64,000 nucleotides of DNA from Bacilli bacterium. Lineage in GTDB: Bacteria > Bacillota_I > Bacilli_A > ML615J-28 > CAG-698. Of this stretch, positions 8,306 through 19,308 are shown piece after piece. The notes beneath the pieces are model-generated. The model had not been told where the DNA came from and made no database searches. It worked only from the letters and a program-made list of their open reading frames with translations. The position numbers and the translations under genes were made by a program. Location: positions 279,879 through 343,878 of the forward strand of contig JBMNLY010000001.1 of the NCBI GenBank assembly GCA_050953045.1. The letters run 5' to 3'. Position 1 is the first letter of the stretch. Each line of letters begins with the position of its first letter.

Positions 8306-9921
8306 TATGAGTATATTATGATAATTTCATATTAAGTTATATTATGATTATTTCATTACTAAATAAATCACTAATAACTAAATAAGTAGTACTTACTAAA
8401 TAAATATATCTATAAGGGCCGCCATTTTCCAAAATTTTCATTTTCCTACCTCTTTTGATATAATTCGTTATATCAGGAGGTAATATATGAGAAAGGTAGA
8501 GTTAAGAATGAACGAACAAATCAAGTACGATATTATTAAACGTGTCGCTAATAATGAAATTTCTGTAAGAAGAGCAGCCGTTAAACTAGGCGTTACCATT
8601 CGAACCGTTTATAACTTAATCAAAACCTACAGAACCAAAGGTAAAGCCGGATTCATCCACGGCAACCGTGGTAGAAAACCATCTACTACCATAAGTAAAG
8701 AGGTAACCGAAAAAATTCTATCGCTTTATAAGAACACTTATTATCAAGCTAACTTTAAACATTTTCTAGATCTTTTGAAAGAAAGAGAAAATATTGAAGT
8801 TTCATATTACTACCTGTATAAACTACTTAGTAAAGAACGTTTTATTTCCCCTAAATGTACTAAGAAGACCTTAAGAAGAATTAATAAAGAATTAAGCCAA
8901 AAATTAAAATCTAACGCTAAATTAACTCAAGCAGAAAAAGATTATATCGCTGCCACCAATCTTCAAGATCCATCTAAAGCACATCCCAGAAAACCTCGAG
9001 CTAAATATGCCGGAGAACTTATCCTAATGGATGCATCGGAGCATGTCTGGTTTGCCGATTATAAAACTCACCTGCATTTATGCTTAGATGATGCTTCAGG
9101 ACAGATTGTAGGGGCATATTTCGACTCACAAGAGACTTTGAAGGGCTATTACAACACTTTGTATCAAGTGTTAACCAAGTACGGTATACCGGCTATTATC
9201 TTAACCGATAATCGTAGTATTTTTAAAGGTAAGGGAATAAAAAATCCTTCTGCTGATGAGAAGGACATGCATACACAATTTGGTTATGCCTGCCATCAGC
9301 TAGGAATCGAACTTCGAACAACTTCCATACCCCAATCCAAAGGACGTATTGAAAGAATGTTTCAAACCCTTCAAAGTCGGTTGATCCTAGAACTGAAATT
9401 AGCAGGCATAACAAGTATACAGGAAGCTAACAAATTTCTTGAAGACTATATCAAGAAATTTAATCAGCAATTCGCTGTACAACTTGATTATACCAAATCC
9501 GTATATGATACGCAATTAACTTCAGAAAAAATCAATTACACTTTGGCGGTCATAAGCAAGCGTATTGTTGATAACGGAAGTTCGATAAAATATAAAAACA
9601 AATATTATCAGTTTTACCTGTCAGGTAGTTTAGTAGCAATCAAACCTAAAACAAGATGCTACGTTTTAGAAGCATTTGATGGATCATTACTGGCCTCAAT
9701 CGGCGAAGAAATTTATGAACTACATGAATTGGAATCCAATTATAAAGTATCCAAAATCTTCGATCTTGAAGAACCAAAAAAACCTAAATATAGAGGCCAC
9801 AAACCTAAAGATTGTCATCCTTGGAAATACTTTAAATATAAGAGAAAGTCAAAACGTATTACTGCTTAAAACTGTAAGAATGTTTACAGTTTTTTAGTGA
9901 AAAAATCATTATATATTGACA
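8306..9921 (+). mobile_element. IS1202-type (ISNCY) element with long TSD
   Basis: Imperfect IRs TATGAGTATATTATGATAATTTCA / TGTCAATATATAATGATTTTTTCA; flanking repeats TGAAAAGTTTCGA6-7CGCTTACT at 8280-8305 and 9922-9948. Confidence 0.85.
8487..9869 (+). CDS. ISNCY/IS1202-group transposase
   Basis: N-terminal HTH (HGNRGRKP), MDAS.H.W, DDASG, TDNRS, PQSKGRIERMF.TLQSRL, HPW tail. Confidence 0.9.
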   Translation: MRKVELRMNEQIKYDIIKRVANNEISVRRAAVKLGVTIRTVYNLIKTYRTKGKAGFIHGNRGRKPSTTISKEVTEKILSLYKNTYYQANFKHFLDLLKERENIEVSYYYLYKLLSKERFISPKCTKKTLRRINKELSQKLKSNAKLTQAEKDYIAATNLQDPSKAHPRKPRAKYAGELILMDASEHVWFADYKTHLHLCLDDASGQIVGAYFDSQETLKGYYNTLYQVLTKYGIPAIILTDNRSIFKGKGIKNPSADEKDMHTQFGYACHQLGIELRTTSIPQSKGRIERMFQTLQSRLILELKLAGITSIQEANKFLEDYIKKFNQQFAVQLDYTKSVYDTQLTSEKINYTLAVISKRIVDNGSSIKYKNKYYQFYLSGSLVAIKPKTRCYVLEAFDGSLLASIGEEIYELHELESNYKVSKIFDLEEPKKPKYRGHKPKDCHPWKYFKYKRKSKRITA

Positions 9922-10014
9922 TGAAAAGTTTCGAAAAAAACGCTTACTTTAGTATTTTTATATTTAAAAATGTAAAAAGCTACCTGATTTTTGATGAATT
10001 TGGTAGCCTATTTT

Positions 10015-10461
10015 TTATTTTTGCTTGGAATCAATAATAATCGTCACCGGTCCGTCATTAACCAATTCTACTTCCATCATCGCACCGAAGATGCCAGTTT
10101 CTACATGGACATTTTGCTTTCTTAATTTCTCATTAAATTCATCATAAAGTTTTGTTGCGATATCAGGTTTTGCTGCGTCCGAAAAACCCGGTCTGTTACC
10201 GTTATGAGTTTGTGCATATAAAGTGAATTGGGAAACGCTCAATATTTCATAGCCTTTTTGTAAGAGCGAAATATTCATCTTCCCGTTTTCGTCTTCAAAG
10301 ATTCGCATATTTACAATCTTTTTTACCAGATAATCAATATCCGCTGATGTATCATCATGAGTAAAGCCAACCAAAAGTAGAAAACCGGGACCGATCTTTC
10401 CAACAACTTTACCTTCGACTGTTACGCTTGCTTTGCTGACACGCTGAATTACAACTCTCAT
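10015..10461 (-). CDS. dtd: D-aminoacyl-tRNA deacylase
   Basis: [20 protein letters not shown]; downstream of relA. Confidence 0.97.
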   Translation of the reverse strand: MRVVIQRVSKASVTVEGKVVGKIGPGFLLLVGFTHDDTSADIDYLVKKIVNMRIFEDENGKMNISLLQKGYEILSVSQFTLYAQTHNGNRPGFSDAAKPDIATKLYDEFNEKLRKQNVHVETGIFGAMMEVELVNDGPVTIIIDSKQK

Positions 10462-10492
10462 ATCTAACTCCTTATTGAATTGAATAATATCT

Positions 10493-11218
10493 TTAATCTA
10501 TATCAATAATCAATACGTCTTTTTGACCAAATTCAAGTTTAGCTTTAATTTTTCCTTGATAAAAGTCGAAACAACCTCCGTAAGAATTTGGATTATGACT
10601 GATACTGTTGACCATTAACACTCTTTCGCCAAACTTCGTTGTTTGTAAGGCATAGTCTGTAATCTCTTTATGCCAATCATCTAGGGAATAATTTACATAT
10701 ACCGGCCAAAGAATGATATCTTTTTCTAGTTTTGCGGTCTTTTCAATATATTCATCATTCCAAAAATCACCACAGACACCGACAACAATATTTTTACCTT
10801 TATTTTTAAAATGACCTACTACCTTTCCTTCTTGGTAAATATTTTCATTAGCATAACTTTCTTTCCAGCCGCGAGAAAATCTTCGGTAATTTAGAATCTC
10901 TTCTCCATTATCATCTATGATTAAATAACTGGAATAAAGCTTAGACTGATATTCTTCTAAATACCCAAAAGCAAGGCCAATATTGTTATTTCGAGCCACA
11001 CTTTTCAGAAATTCAATAAAACTTGAATCTTTCGAAACAGCAACTTTGAAATCATCATTGTTCCACTTGAAAGCATCAAAACCTTGCAGGAAAGCTTCTC
11101 CAAAACAGAGAAAATCAAGCTTCGAAGTTTTATATTCCTCTGCAGTTTTAATGATTTGGTTAAGGTTGAAATCAAGGTCATTGTTCCTAAATTCTTTAAC
11201 TGCTAATCCAATTTTCAT
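10493..11218 (-). CDS. Carbon-nitrogen hydrolase (nitrilase-fold) family protein
   Basis: CFGEAFLQG and VGVCGDFW motifs; start at ATG after GGAG. Confidence 0.75.
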   Translation of the reverse strand: MKIGLAVKEFRNNDLDFNLNQIIKTAEEYKTSKLDFLCFGEAFLQGFDAFKWNNDDFKVAVSKDSSFIEFLKSVARNNNIGLAFGYLEEYQSKLYSSYLIIDDNGEEILNYRRFSRGWKESYANENIYQEGKVVGHFKNKGKNIVVGVCGDFWNDEYIEKTAKLEKDIILWPVYVNYSLDDWHKEITDYALQTTKFGERVLMVNSISHNPNSYGGCFDFYQGKIKAKLEFGQKDVLIIDID

Positions 11219-11311
11219 ATTCCACTCCAAAATAAAAGAAACCCCTTATAGAAACTAACAATAACCTTTAATGAAAAAGGATAAAAGTCAAATCTCTATT
11301 AAGCGAGGTTT

Positions 11312-13510
11312 CTATCTAATCTTTCTTTCCACTGAATAAATATCGCTGATTTTATAGAGATTGGTAATCGAAGTGTTCAGAATTTCTAGATTGCTGACCG
11401 TCAGTTTCACTTTGGTTAAAAGATCACCATTTTTATTCTTTCCAGAAGAGATGGAAGTAATAGTCACCGGATAGGAGTTAAGCAAATTAATCATTTCCGC
11501 AACTATATTCTTCCTGTCAAAGGAAAGGATGGAAATAAAGGTTTCATAAGGCTTTTTGGCTCCGTCTTCATCCCAGAAAACTGTGATAAATCTTTCTTCC
11601 GCCGAACTTCTGACATTATGGCATTCGAGCCGGTGCACAACGATACCGTGGCCTTTTGTTACATAACCGATAATTTCATCACCATAAACAGGGTAACAAC
11701 AATTTGCAAGTTTTACTTGTGCTCTTTCTAAACCTTCAACGCTGACACCAAAAACATTGGCAACACGTTTTTTCCGCTTAGCTTCTTCTTCCGGACTATA
11801 ATGTTTGAGTAAGGCTTCTTCATCCAGTTTTTCGGTTTTGCCTGTGAGTTTGTTGGCGGCAGCTTTTGCGGAAAAGGTTCCTTTTCCAATTTCAAAATAA
11901 AAATCATCAACGGTATTAATTCCGTATTTTTCAAATAGATTATGTATTAATTTATCGTCAAGTTTAATCGTTCCTAAGTTTTTAGCCCGACAAACACGCT
12001 CAAATTCTTCCTTGCCTCTTTCGATTAACATTTCACGGCGTTGCTTATTTATTACAGATGTAATCTTATGCCGGGCATGGTTTGTTTTTACAATCTTCAA
12101 CCAATCTTCATTGGGACCGGTCGCATTCTTGCTCGTTTTAATTTCTACAATATCGCCGGTTTTAAGTTTGTAGGTTAAAGGCACCATCTTTCCGTTTACG
12201 ATTGCGCCGACAGTTTTATTCCCAACTTCGGTATGAATCCGGTAAGCAAAATCAAGCGGGGTCGAGTCGGCAGGAAAATCAAGAACATCGCCTTTCGGTG
12301 TAAAGACATAGACATTCGCGCTGAAGATATCCGCTTTGATATTATCAAAGGGATCGGTATCTTCAGATTCGTTCATTTCTACATAGGATAAAAGTTCACG
12401 ATACCAACGGAGTTTCGCCCCGATTTCTTTTTGTTCTTTTTCCGGCGAATAGGATTTATCTTCTTTATAAGCCCAGTGGGCAGCAATCCCGTATTCCGCA
12501 ATCTCATCCATCTCATAGGTCCGAATCTGGATTTCATAGATTTTACCGTTGGTCCCAACGATTGTGGTATGCAGTGACTGGTAAAGGTTCGGTTTTGGAA
12601 TCGCAATATAATCTTTAAAGCGTTTCGGTAGCGGCGTCCATTGACTGTGGACAAGGCCCAAAACATGATAACAGGCTTCAACGGTCGGAACTAAAATCCT
12701 TAGTGCCATCAAATCATAAACTTGATGGAATTCCAAGTTTTTGTTCCGCATCTTCTTACATACACTATAGATATTCTTAACTCTGCCTTTGATTTCAAAG
12801 TTTTCAATTTTATTGGTTTCTAAAAGTTCTTCAATCCTTAGCTCCATCTGATGGATATCTTCATCGCGAGCAACCGAAGTTTTTTCAATTTGTGTTTTAA
12901 TATGCTCATATTCTTCCGGAAAAAGAAATTTCAAACTTAAATCTTCGAGTTCTGCTTTAATTTTATACATACCGAGCCGGTGGGCAAGGGGCGCATATAA
13001 ATCCATCGTTTCTTTTGCAATCTTTTGCTGTTTATCAGGAGTTTGAAATTCCAAAGTCCGCATATTGTGAACTCTGTCGATTAACTTCACCAGGATAACC
13101 CTGATATCTTTTGCCATCGCAAGCAAAATCTTTTGATGGGTCCGCGCTAAAGCTTTTTCCCTGGTCATGTATTTAAGTTGACCGATCTTCGTTACCCCGT
13201 CAACAATACTAGTGATATCTTCACCGAACATTTCGATCATTTCTTCTTTAGTTAGATCGGTATCTTCCAACAAATCATGAAGCAATCCGGCACAAATCGT
13301 TGCTGGAGAAGCATGAAGCTCCGCAAGCATATATGCTACTTCCAAAGGATGTTGAATATAGGGGTCTTTGGATTTGCGGAATTGGCCTTCATGTTTAATC
13401 CTTGCCAGTTTATAAGCTTCGCGAATCATTTCAATACTATTCGGATTCTTTAAGTATTCACTCGCCTTGGCAATCACATCTTCGATTGTCTTCTTATCGC
13501 CCATATTCAA
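11312..13510 (-). CDS. relA: Bifunctional (p)ppGpp synthetase/hydrolase Rel
   Basis: HD motif LLHDLLEDT, YQSLHT, EIQIRT, TGS and ACT domains. Confidence 0.97.
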   Translation of the reverse strand: MNMGDKKTIEDVIAKASEYLKNPNSIEMIREAYKLARIKHEGQFRKSKDPYIQHPLEVAYMLAELHASPATICAGLLHDLLEDTDLTKEEMIEMFGEDITSIVDGVTKIGQLKYMTREKALARTHQKILLAMAKDIRVILVKLIDRVHNMRTLEFQTPDKQQKIAKETMDLYAPLAHRLGMYKIKAELEDLSLKFLFPEEYEHIKTQIEKTSVARDEDIHQMELRIEELLETNKIENFEIKGRVKNIYSVCKKMRNKNLEFHQVYDLMALRILVPTVEACYHVLGLVHSQWTPLPKRFKDYIAIPKPNLYQSLHTTIVGTNGKIYEIQIRTYEMDEIAEYGIAAHWAYKEDKSYSPEKEQKEIGAKLRWYRELLSYVEMNESEDTDPFDNIKADIFSANVYVFTPKGDVLDFPADSTPLDFAYRIHTEVGNKTVGAIVNGKMVPLTYKLKTGDIVEIKTSKNATGPNEDWLKIVKTNHARHKITSVINKQRREMLIERGKEEFERVCRAKNLGTIKLDDKLIHNLFEKYGINTVDDFYFEIGKGTFSAKAAANKLTGKTEKLDEEALLKHYSPEEEAKRKKRVANVFGVSVEGLERAQVKLANCCYPVYGDEIIGYVTKGHGIVVHRLECHNVRSSAEERFITVFWDEDGAKKPYETFISILSFDRKNIVAEMINLLNSYPVTITSISSGKNKNGDLLTKVKLTVSNLEILNTSITNLYKISDIYSVERKIR

Positions 13511-13538
13511 CCTCCTTTCTCTCGTTATTTGCTAACTT

Positions 13539-14054
13539 TTAATACTTGATTAAAGCTTTATAATCGTATCCCTTTAACAACTCACGACCTTTAAGGTCTT
13601 CAAGTTCAATCAAAAAACCGAGTCCGACAACTTCACCGCCTAATTTTTCAACCAAATCAATTGTGGCTTTCATTGTTCCTCCAGTCGCAAGTAAATCATC
13701 AATAATTAAAACTTTTTGACCTTTTTTAATCGCATCTTTATGAATGCAAAGGGTATTGCTTCCATATTCAAGGTTATAGGAAACACTAATCGTCTCACGC
13801 GGCAGTTTGTTCGGTTTTCTGATTGGAACAAAACCAATTTTTAGCTCATAAGCAATCGGACAACCAAAAATAAATCCACGCGATTCGGGACCGACAATCA
13901 ATTCCGCTCCTTTTTCAATCGCAAATTGTTTTAACTCTTCACAAGCGGAATGGAAAGCTTCGCCATCAGCCATCAAAGGCGTAATGTCACGAAAGAGAAT
14001 CCCGTCAATTGGAAAATTTTCAACTGCAGCAATAAACTTCTTATAATCCATCAT
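13539..14054 (-). CDS. apt: Adenine phosphoribosyltransferase
   Basis: [26 protein letters not shown]. Confidence 0.97.
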   Translation of the reverse strand: MMDYKKFIAAVENFPIDGILFRDITPLMADGEAFHSACEELKQFAIEKGAELIVGPESRGFIFGCPIAYELKIGFVPIRKPNKLPRETISVSYNLEYGSNTLCIHKDAIKKGQKVLIIDDLLATGGTMKATIDLVEKLGGEVVGLGFLIELEDLKGRELLKGYDYKALIKY

Positions 14055-14228
14055 TTCACTCCTTACTAATATACACTATATTATATCATATTTTGATTAG
14101 TTTTGAAATTCATATTTGTATTTTTTTGTAAATAAAAAGCAATTAATTTGAAAAGGTGATAATAGCATATGTAATTATCGGTATTATAAACAAAAATCTC
14201 GCCACTAAGGACGAGATTTTTTTTTAGA

Positions 14229-15056
14229 CTAATGAACGACCTTTAATTCTTCTTCGGGATAGACATAACCGGTAATCGGCGGCATCGAATTATAAACCTT
14301 TTCTAAATCGAAGATTCCGTATCTAACACCAAAACTTTTCTTTATCCCTTTAAAAGTCCCCTGGAGCATTACCGTAGTTAAATCCAAATTAGCAAGATAA
14401 ACCGCTACTTTTGAATCTGGTTTTATTTTTTCTAACTCTTCTTGATATGCGGAAAGGGGAATAATCATTCTGCCTCTGTCCTTCATAGTTGCTTGAATAA
14501 TCGGGATAATTACCGGAAAACCATCTTCATCCACAAAACTAATAAATTTTAAAGAATCAATGGCTTTCATTAATTTAACCGTAAAGCCCTTAGCAATTTC
14601 CTTTTTTGAAGATTTAACCCGAGATTTAATAAATCTTCCTTGTAAAGCGCCTTTAAGAATTTTCCCCATCGGCAGCTTCTGCTTTCCAGAATAAGCTTTT
14701 AGTTTCATATAATGGACTTTACCGATTCCGAAATAAGTATTATAGCGGAAAATCGGAGCGCTGTTTAAAAGCTCATATTCAGGACCGGTGTCCTTAATAT
14801 TGGTTTCAACTGCTTTTCCATTCCACCATTCTTTTTCGGTATTTAAAATCAAAAATCCCGCTTTCGGATTATCCTGCAAATACATTTTGCTTTTACCGTG
14901 GATAAATTCTCCCCAAATAATCTCATCCTCTTTTAAAGCCTGGATGGTATTAATAAAAGCAATATGTGGATCGCCTTCCGGACTAATCGACGCAATTAAA
15001 CCGCCTTTACCGGATACAGCAAACTTTTCGCGGTCTTCATGAGTAATAAATGACAT
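14229..15056 (-). CDS. Pyridoxamine 5'-phosphate oxidase-like split-barrel (putative flavin-binding) protein, two-domain
   Basis: Repeated IASISPEGDPHI / ISFVDEDGFPVI motifs; start directly after activase stop with GGAGG. Confidence 0.6.
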   Translation of the reverse strand: MSFITHEDREKFAVSGKGGLIASISPEGDPHIAFINTIQALKEDEIIWGEFIHGKSKMYLQDNPKAGFLILNTEKEWWNGKAVETNIKDTGPEYELLNSAPIFRYNTYFGIGKVHYMKLKAYSGKQKLPMGKILKGALQGRFIKSRVKSSKKEIAKGFTVKLMKAIDSLKFISFVDEDGFPVIIPIIQATMKDRGRMIIPLSAYQEELEKIKPDSKVAVYLANLDLTTVMLQGTFKGIKKSFGVRYGIFDLEKVYNSMPPITGYVYPEEELKVVH

Positions 15057-15057
15057 C

Positions 15058-15984
15058 TTAAACCTCCAATTTTGTAGCTCCGGACCAGATTGCATTCTTA
15101 ACAAACTTTTTCGCAACCTCGCAAAGCTCTGTCATTTCTTCTTTGGTCATCAGTTCTTCTTCATCATATTCCCAGACATTACCGAGCAAACGATATTTGT
15201 CTTTGGAAAGATTGTTGAAGCTGACAAGTTCCCATTTTTTAATATGCGGGAGATTATCTCTGATAAATTCGCCCAATTTTTCAATGTTTTCGATTAAATC
15301 AGTCGAATTAGGAATAATTGGTGTTCTAATCCAAACTTTCGGATAAGTTATTTTACCGAGTTTAATCGCATTTTCCTTAATCCGTTTATTGCTGACACCG
15401 GTAAACTTTTGGTGGGTTTCATCATCAAAGATCTTAAGATCAAAAAGTATTAAATCTGTATAAGGAATTAACCTTTCCAGCATTTCAAAGGGGTAGTGAC
15501 CAGCGGTATCCACAGCGGTATGAATCTTAGCTAGTTTTAACTTTTTTAAGAGTTCGAAAACATAATCATTATGTAAGACCGCTTCACCGCCGGATAAGGT
15601 CACACCGCCGGCACTATTTTCATAATAAGAAATGTCTTTAAGAAGTTCTTGGTAAAGTTCAGCAACTTCAATTTTTTCACCTTTAACCTCAATGGAATTG
15701 GTCGGACACTCATCCGCACAACGCAAGCAATAAGTACAAAGGGAAGCATTGACTTTCATTCCTATCTCTGTAAACGAGATTGCTTGCTCGGGACAGACTT
15801 TCTCACAAGAAAAACACCCGATGCAATTATCTTCAATCCAGTATTTTTGTTGTTTAAAAGAAAGTGACTCCGGATTATGGCACCAACGACATTTGAGATT
15901 GCAACCTTTGAAAAAGACTGTGGTTCTGATACCGGGACCGTCTTCTGTCGACATTCTTTGGATATCGAGAATATAATTTTCCAT
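15058..15984 (-). CDS. Glycyl-radical enzyme activating enzyme (radical SAM with ferredoxin insert)
   Basis: DGPGIRTTVFFKGCNLKCRWCHNPE, two CxxCxxCxxxCP, GGVTLSGGE. Confidence 0.95.
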   Translation of the reverse strand: MENYILDIQRMSTEDGPGIRTTVFFKGCNLKCRWCHNPESLSFKQQKYWIEDNCIGCFSCEKVCPEQAISFTEIGMKVNASLCTYCLRCADECPTNSIEVKGEKIEVAELYQELLKDISYYENSAGGVTLSGGEAVLHNDYVFELLKKLKLAKIHTAVDTAGHYPFEMLERLIPYTDLILFDLKIFDDETHQKFTGVSNKRIKENAIKLGKITYPKVWIRTPIIPNSTDLIENIEKLGEFIRDNLPHIKKWELVSFNNLSKDKYRLLGNVWEYDEEELMTKEEMTELCEVAKKFVKNAIWSGATKLEV

Positions 15985-15992
15985 ATCTACCC

Positions 15993-17217
15993 TTAAAACT
16001 TATTATGTATTTCCCTGGCAATAATTTCGATTTGAAGTTCTTTGTGCTTCAATTTAAGTATCAACATCAAGAATATTAACCTGAAGTGCCGTACCGCCGT
16101 TATCAACATAAGTCCGAAGCAGCGCTTTAATTTTCTCGCGATGGATTTCGTCTCTTACCATTGAAGAAGACAGTGTAATCGTATGGCTTGCTCCGTTCGG
16201 AAGATAATTGACATAGTCCAGATAATCGCCGTTTTCGCTTTTACCACCGATTGCAATTCCAACCGAATTGATATTAGCAGTGGGGCCTTTTGTATCGGCG
16301 CCGTTAACCGGACAAATTGCGTTTGATAAGAACTCTCCGTTTAAGCGTCCGTCGGGACTAGCAGGTAAGATATAACCATCGCTGATCCAATAGTTCCAGC
16401 TAGGCATTCCCGGACGAAGTTGCGCATCTGTAATAGATGTTTTGTGTTTCCAAACTTCATCGGTCCAGCATTTCATGAATTTCTGTGCAAGCAGATCAGC
16501 TTCATCGTCATTACGGCCGTATTTGGGCGCTTTATTTTTTACGATTTGTCTTAGTTTCTCATAACCTTCCCAATTGTTTTTAAGTGCCGTAATCAGCTCA
16601 TCCATCGTACAGATTTTCTTATCAAACACAAGATATTTAATTGCAAGTAGGCTATCAACCGTTGTCGCAAAGGTAACGCCCTCAACCGTAACATATCTTA
16701 ATTCGGCTCCGCCTTGGGTAATATCCAAAGCTTTATCGATACAACCCTTTACAAGGCACGATAAATACGGAGTCGGATGATATTTAGCTCTCACGATATT
16801 GCTTTTATCATATAATCTAGCGATATTTTCAATTATAAATTCAACTTGTTTTTCAAAAGCATTATAAAACTCTTCAAAGGTTTTAAATTTTCCCGGATCT
16901 CCGGTATCAAAACTATGGCGTTTGCGGGGATATGGTTTACCCCAAAGACTGTCCTTATAAGTAATCAAATCATAGCCGCGACCTAAAGTGAGTTCTAAAG
17001 CCTTATACAAATTGACATTGATATCAACTGTACCGGAGCGGTCATTACCGACCATCGTGTTTTCCAAACAACCGACAGACGCATAATTCCAAACATTATC
17101 CTTATTGATAAAGTCTTCTTTTCCGCTCATTCTGGCTTCACGGAGAAGTCCTGCGATTGCTCTTTCATCAAAATTCAGTAAGAAAGGAGCTCCTTGACTT
17201 TCCGCAATCATCTCAAC
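15993..17217 (-). pseudogene. Glycyl-radical enzyme (PFL superfamily) remnant
   Basis: Cys loop SVGCLE and LQVN present; N-terminal half missing; premature TAA at 16054; RVxG glycyl loop absent; out-of-frame tail KELQIEIIAREIHNKF. Confidence 0.85.
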
Positions 17218-17232
17218 GTAAATTTCAATTTC

Positions 17233-17261
17233 TTGACAAGAAATTCTGATAATGCTATCAT
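17233..17261 (+). promoter_or_regulatory. SigA-type promoter of GNAT gene
   Basis: TTGACA-17 bp-TATCAT with TG extension. Confidence 0.6.
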
Positions 17262-17291
17262 AAATCCGGATTTCAAGGAAAAGGTGGGAAT

Positions 17292-17735
17292 ATGATTAGA
17301 AAAGCAACAATAAAAGATGCGGAAACAATTGCGAAGCTTAACTATTTAATGGCAGTAGAAACAGAAAATCTTCATTTAAATAAAGACATCTTAAACCAAG
17401 GCGTAAAAGCAATCCTGTCCGATCCAGAAAAAGGCATTTATTTCGTTTATGAAAAAGATAACCGAATTGTCGGTCAATTGATGATAACGAGAGAATGGAG
17501 CGATTGGCGGAACGGTTATTTTGCTTGGATTCAAAGCGTTTATGTCGATCAAGAGTACAGGAATCAAAATGTTTTCCGCTCTTTGTTTATGTATATAAAA
17601 GAGATGGTGGGTAAAAGCACAGAATATTGTGGGCTACGACTTTATGTTGATAAAGATAATAAGCGTGCTCAGGGTGTATACCAAAAACTCGGGATGACTG
17701 AATCAGATTACCTCATGTATGAATACGAAAAATAA
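17292..17735 (+). CDS. GNAT family N-acetyltransferase
   Basis: IRKAT..D, WIQSVYV...YR.Q.VF, N.RAQ.VY.KLG. Confidence 0.9.
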   Translation: MIRKATIKDAETIAKLNYLMAVETENLHLNKDILNQGVKAILSDPEKGIYFVYEKDNRIVGQLMITREWSDWRNGYFAWIQSVYVDQEYRNQNVFRSLFMYIKEMVGKSTEYCGLRLYVDKDNKRAQGVYQKLGMTESDYLMYEYEK

Positions 17736-17763
17736 AATCCGGATCAAAGTTCGGATTTTTTTT
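17734..17763 (+). terminator. Intrinsic terminator after GNAT gene
   Basis: AAAATCCGGA...TTCGGATTTT plus T tract. Confidence 0.7.
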
Positions 17764-17829
17764 ATTCTTTCTTACCACTCTTAAACTTCACTAACATAAA
17801 AACTGTATTTTTTCATAAATTGAATAGAG

Positions 17830-19308
17830 ATGACTATGAAAAACATGCTTGTAAAAAACACATTAATACTAATAATTACGAGCTTAATCATTCGGGTTTT
17901 AAGCCTTGCAAACAGGATTATACTGACCCGATTACTCGGTAATGAAGGCATTTCTCTTTATGTTTTTGTTTTACCATCGATCATGCTTTTCATGTCTATT
18001 GCCGGTTTTTCATTAAACACTTCGCTATCTAAAGTGATTGCGGAAAATATGGTGACAAGAAAATACTCCGAAAAGAAAATCATCACTTCCGCAATCACAA
18101 TCGGCCTTTTTACAACCGCCATTACTTCATTAATCCTTGTATTAATCTTAAAACCACTCGTGAACTACGGACTCCGCCAAGAGGAAGCCTTTTATCCAAT
18201 TCTTTCTTGCCTCTTATTTCTTCCATTGGTAATGCTTAACAATATCTTTCGCGGCTACTTTAATGGCCGAAACCGTATCAATATTACAGCTTATGCCAAC
18301 CTAATTGAACAAATTGCCAGGATTGCTTTCGGAACGCTTTTCTTGTTCATCTTTTATCCTTATGGACTTATAACCGCAGTCACAATGTCAATTGTCGCCA
18401 TGGGCGTCGGTGAATTAATTTCTTTAATTTTTATTATTATTAAAATTTATCGCCTGAAAGATAAAAATTTCACCGAAAATGCGAATGATCCGAAAGGAGC
18501 AATCCTCGGCATCGCCATGCCTACAACTTTTTCAAGGCTCCTTGGTAATCTAACCGAATTTTTTGAACCAATTATCTATACTCTCGCTTTAACTAAAATA
18601 GGCTTTGATTCCAAAGAAATCCTTTTTAAATACAGTGCCATCACTGCCTATGCGTTGCCATTAATTACTCTTTGTTCTTTTCTTTCACAATCAATTGCAA
18701 CTGCAATCATCCCCAACATCAGCCGTAGCAATGCGCTTGGAAGAAAAAACGAAGTTATCCATTATATAAAAAAATCCTTTCTCCTTTCTTTTGTTCCGGG
18801 AATCTTGGTTACAATCCTTTTGAGTTCCTATGCTTATGAATATATGAAGTTGGTATACGATACCGATATCGGTGCTGATTATGTCATTAAACTGAGTATA
18901 TTTTTTATCTTTTATTATTTACTTTCGCCTATGTGGGCAATTATGCAAGCAATTGGAAAAGCAAAATTCCTTTTCCGAATGAATTTAATTGCGGATATTA
19001 TTAAACTTGCGCTTATCTACGCTTTAACCTTCATTCCTTGGATTTCCTATAATAGTTTAATCGTCGTTTTACTTGCTTACACAATCAGCGCAACAATGAT
19101 AATTTATTTCTATTTAAAAAATATTTATCGTTTCCGTTTTCACATGGTTGAGGTCATAAAAGTCTTAATCTTAAGCCTGCTCACTATTTTGTTCCTACAA
19201 ATATTAAAAGCAGGTATTAATAACTACCTGCTGAATACATTTCTTGTTTCTATTTTCTTTTTGTTGCTTGTGAAGGCTTTAAAAGTCACAAGTTTGAACA
19301 ATAAATAA
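17830..19308 (+). CDS. SpoVB-like MOP-superfamily flippase
   Basis: Multi-pass membrane protein; FRGYFNG and EQIARI motifs; next to yrbG/yrzE-like genes as in Bacillus. Confidence 0.75.
   Translation: MTMKNMLVKNTLILIITSLIIRVLSLANRIILTRLLGNEGISLYVFVLPSIMLFMSIAGFSLNTSLSKVIAENMVTRKYSEKKIITSAITIGLFTTAITSLILVLILKPLVNYGLRQEEAFYPILSCLLFLPLVMLNNIFRGYFNGRNRINITAYANLIEQIARIAFGTLFLFIFYPYGLITAVTMSIVAMGVGELISLIFIIIKIYRLKDKNFTENANDPKGAILGIAMPTTFSRLLGNLTEFFEPIIYTLALTKIGFDSKEILFKYSAITAYALPLITLCSFLSQSIATAIIPNISRSNALGRKNEVIHYIKKSFLLSFVPGILVTILLSSYAYEYMKLVYDTDIGADYVIKLSIFFIFYYLLSPMWAIMQAIGKAKFLFRMNLIADIIKLALIYALTFIPWISYNSLIVVLLAYTISATMIIYFYLKNIYRFRFHMVEVIKVLILSLLTILFLQILKAGINNYLLNTFLVSIFFLLLVKALKVTSLNNK

Noticed and set aside
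8320-8410. Short AT-rich repeats resembling a CRISPR or iteron array
   Set aside because: Irregular spacing, no spacers, no cas or rep gene; they lie inside the IS left end
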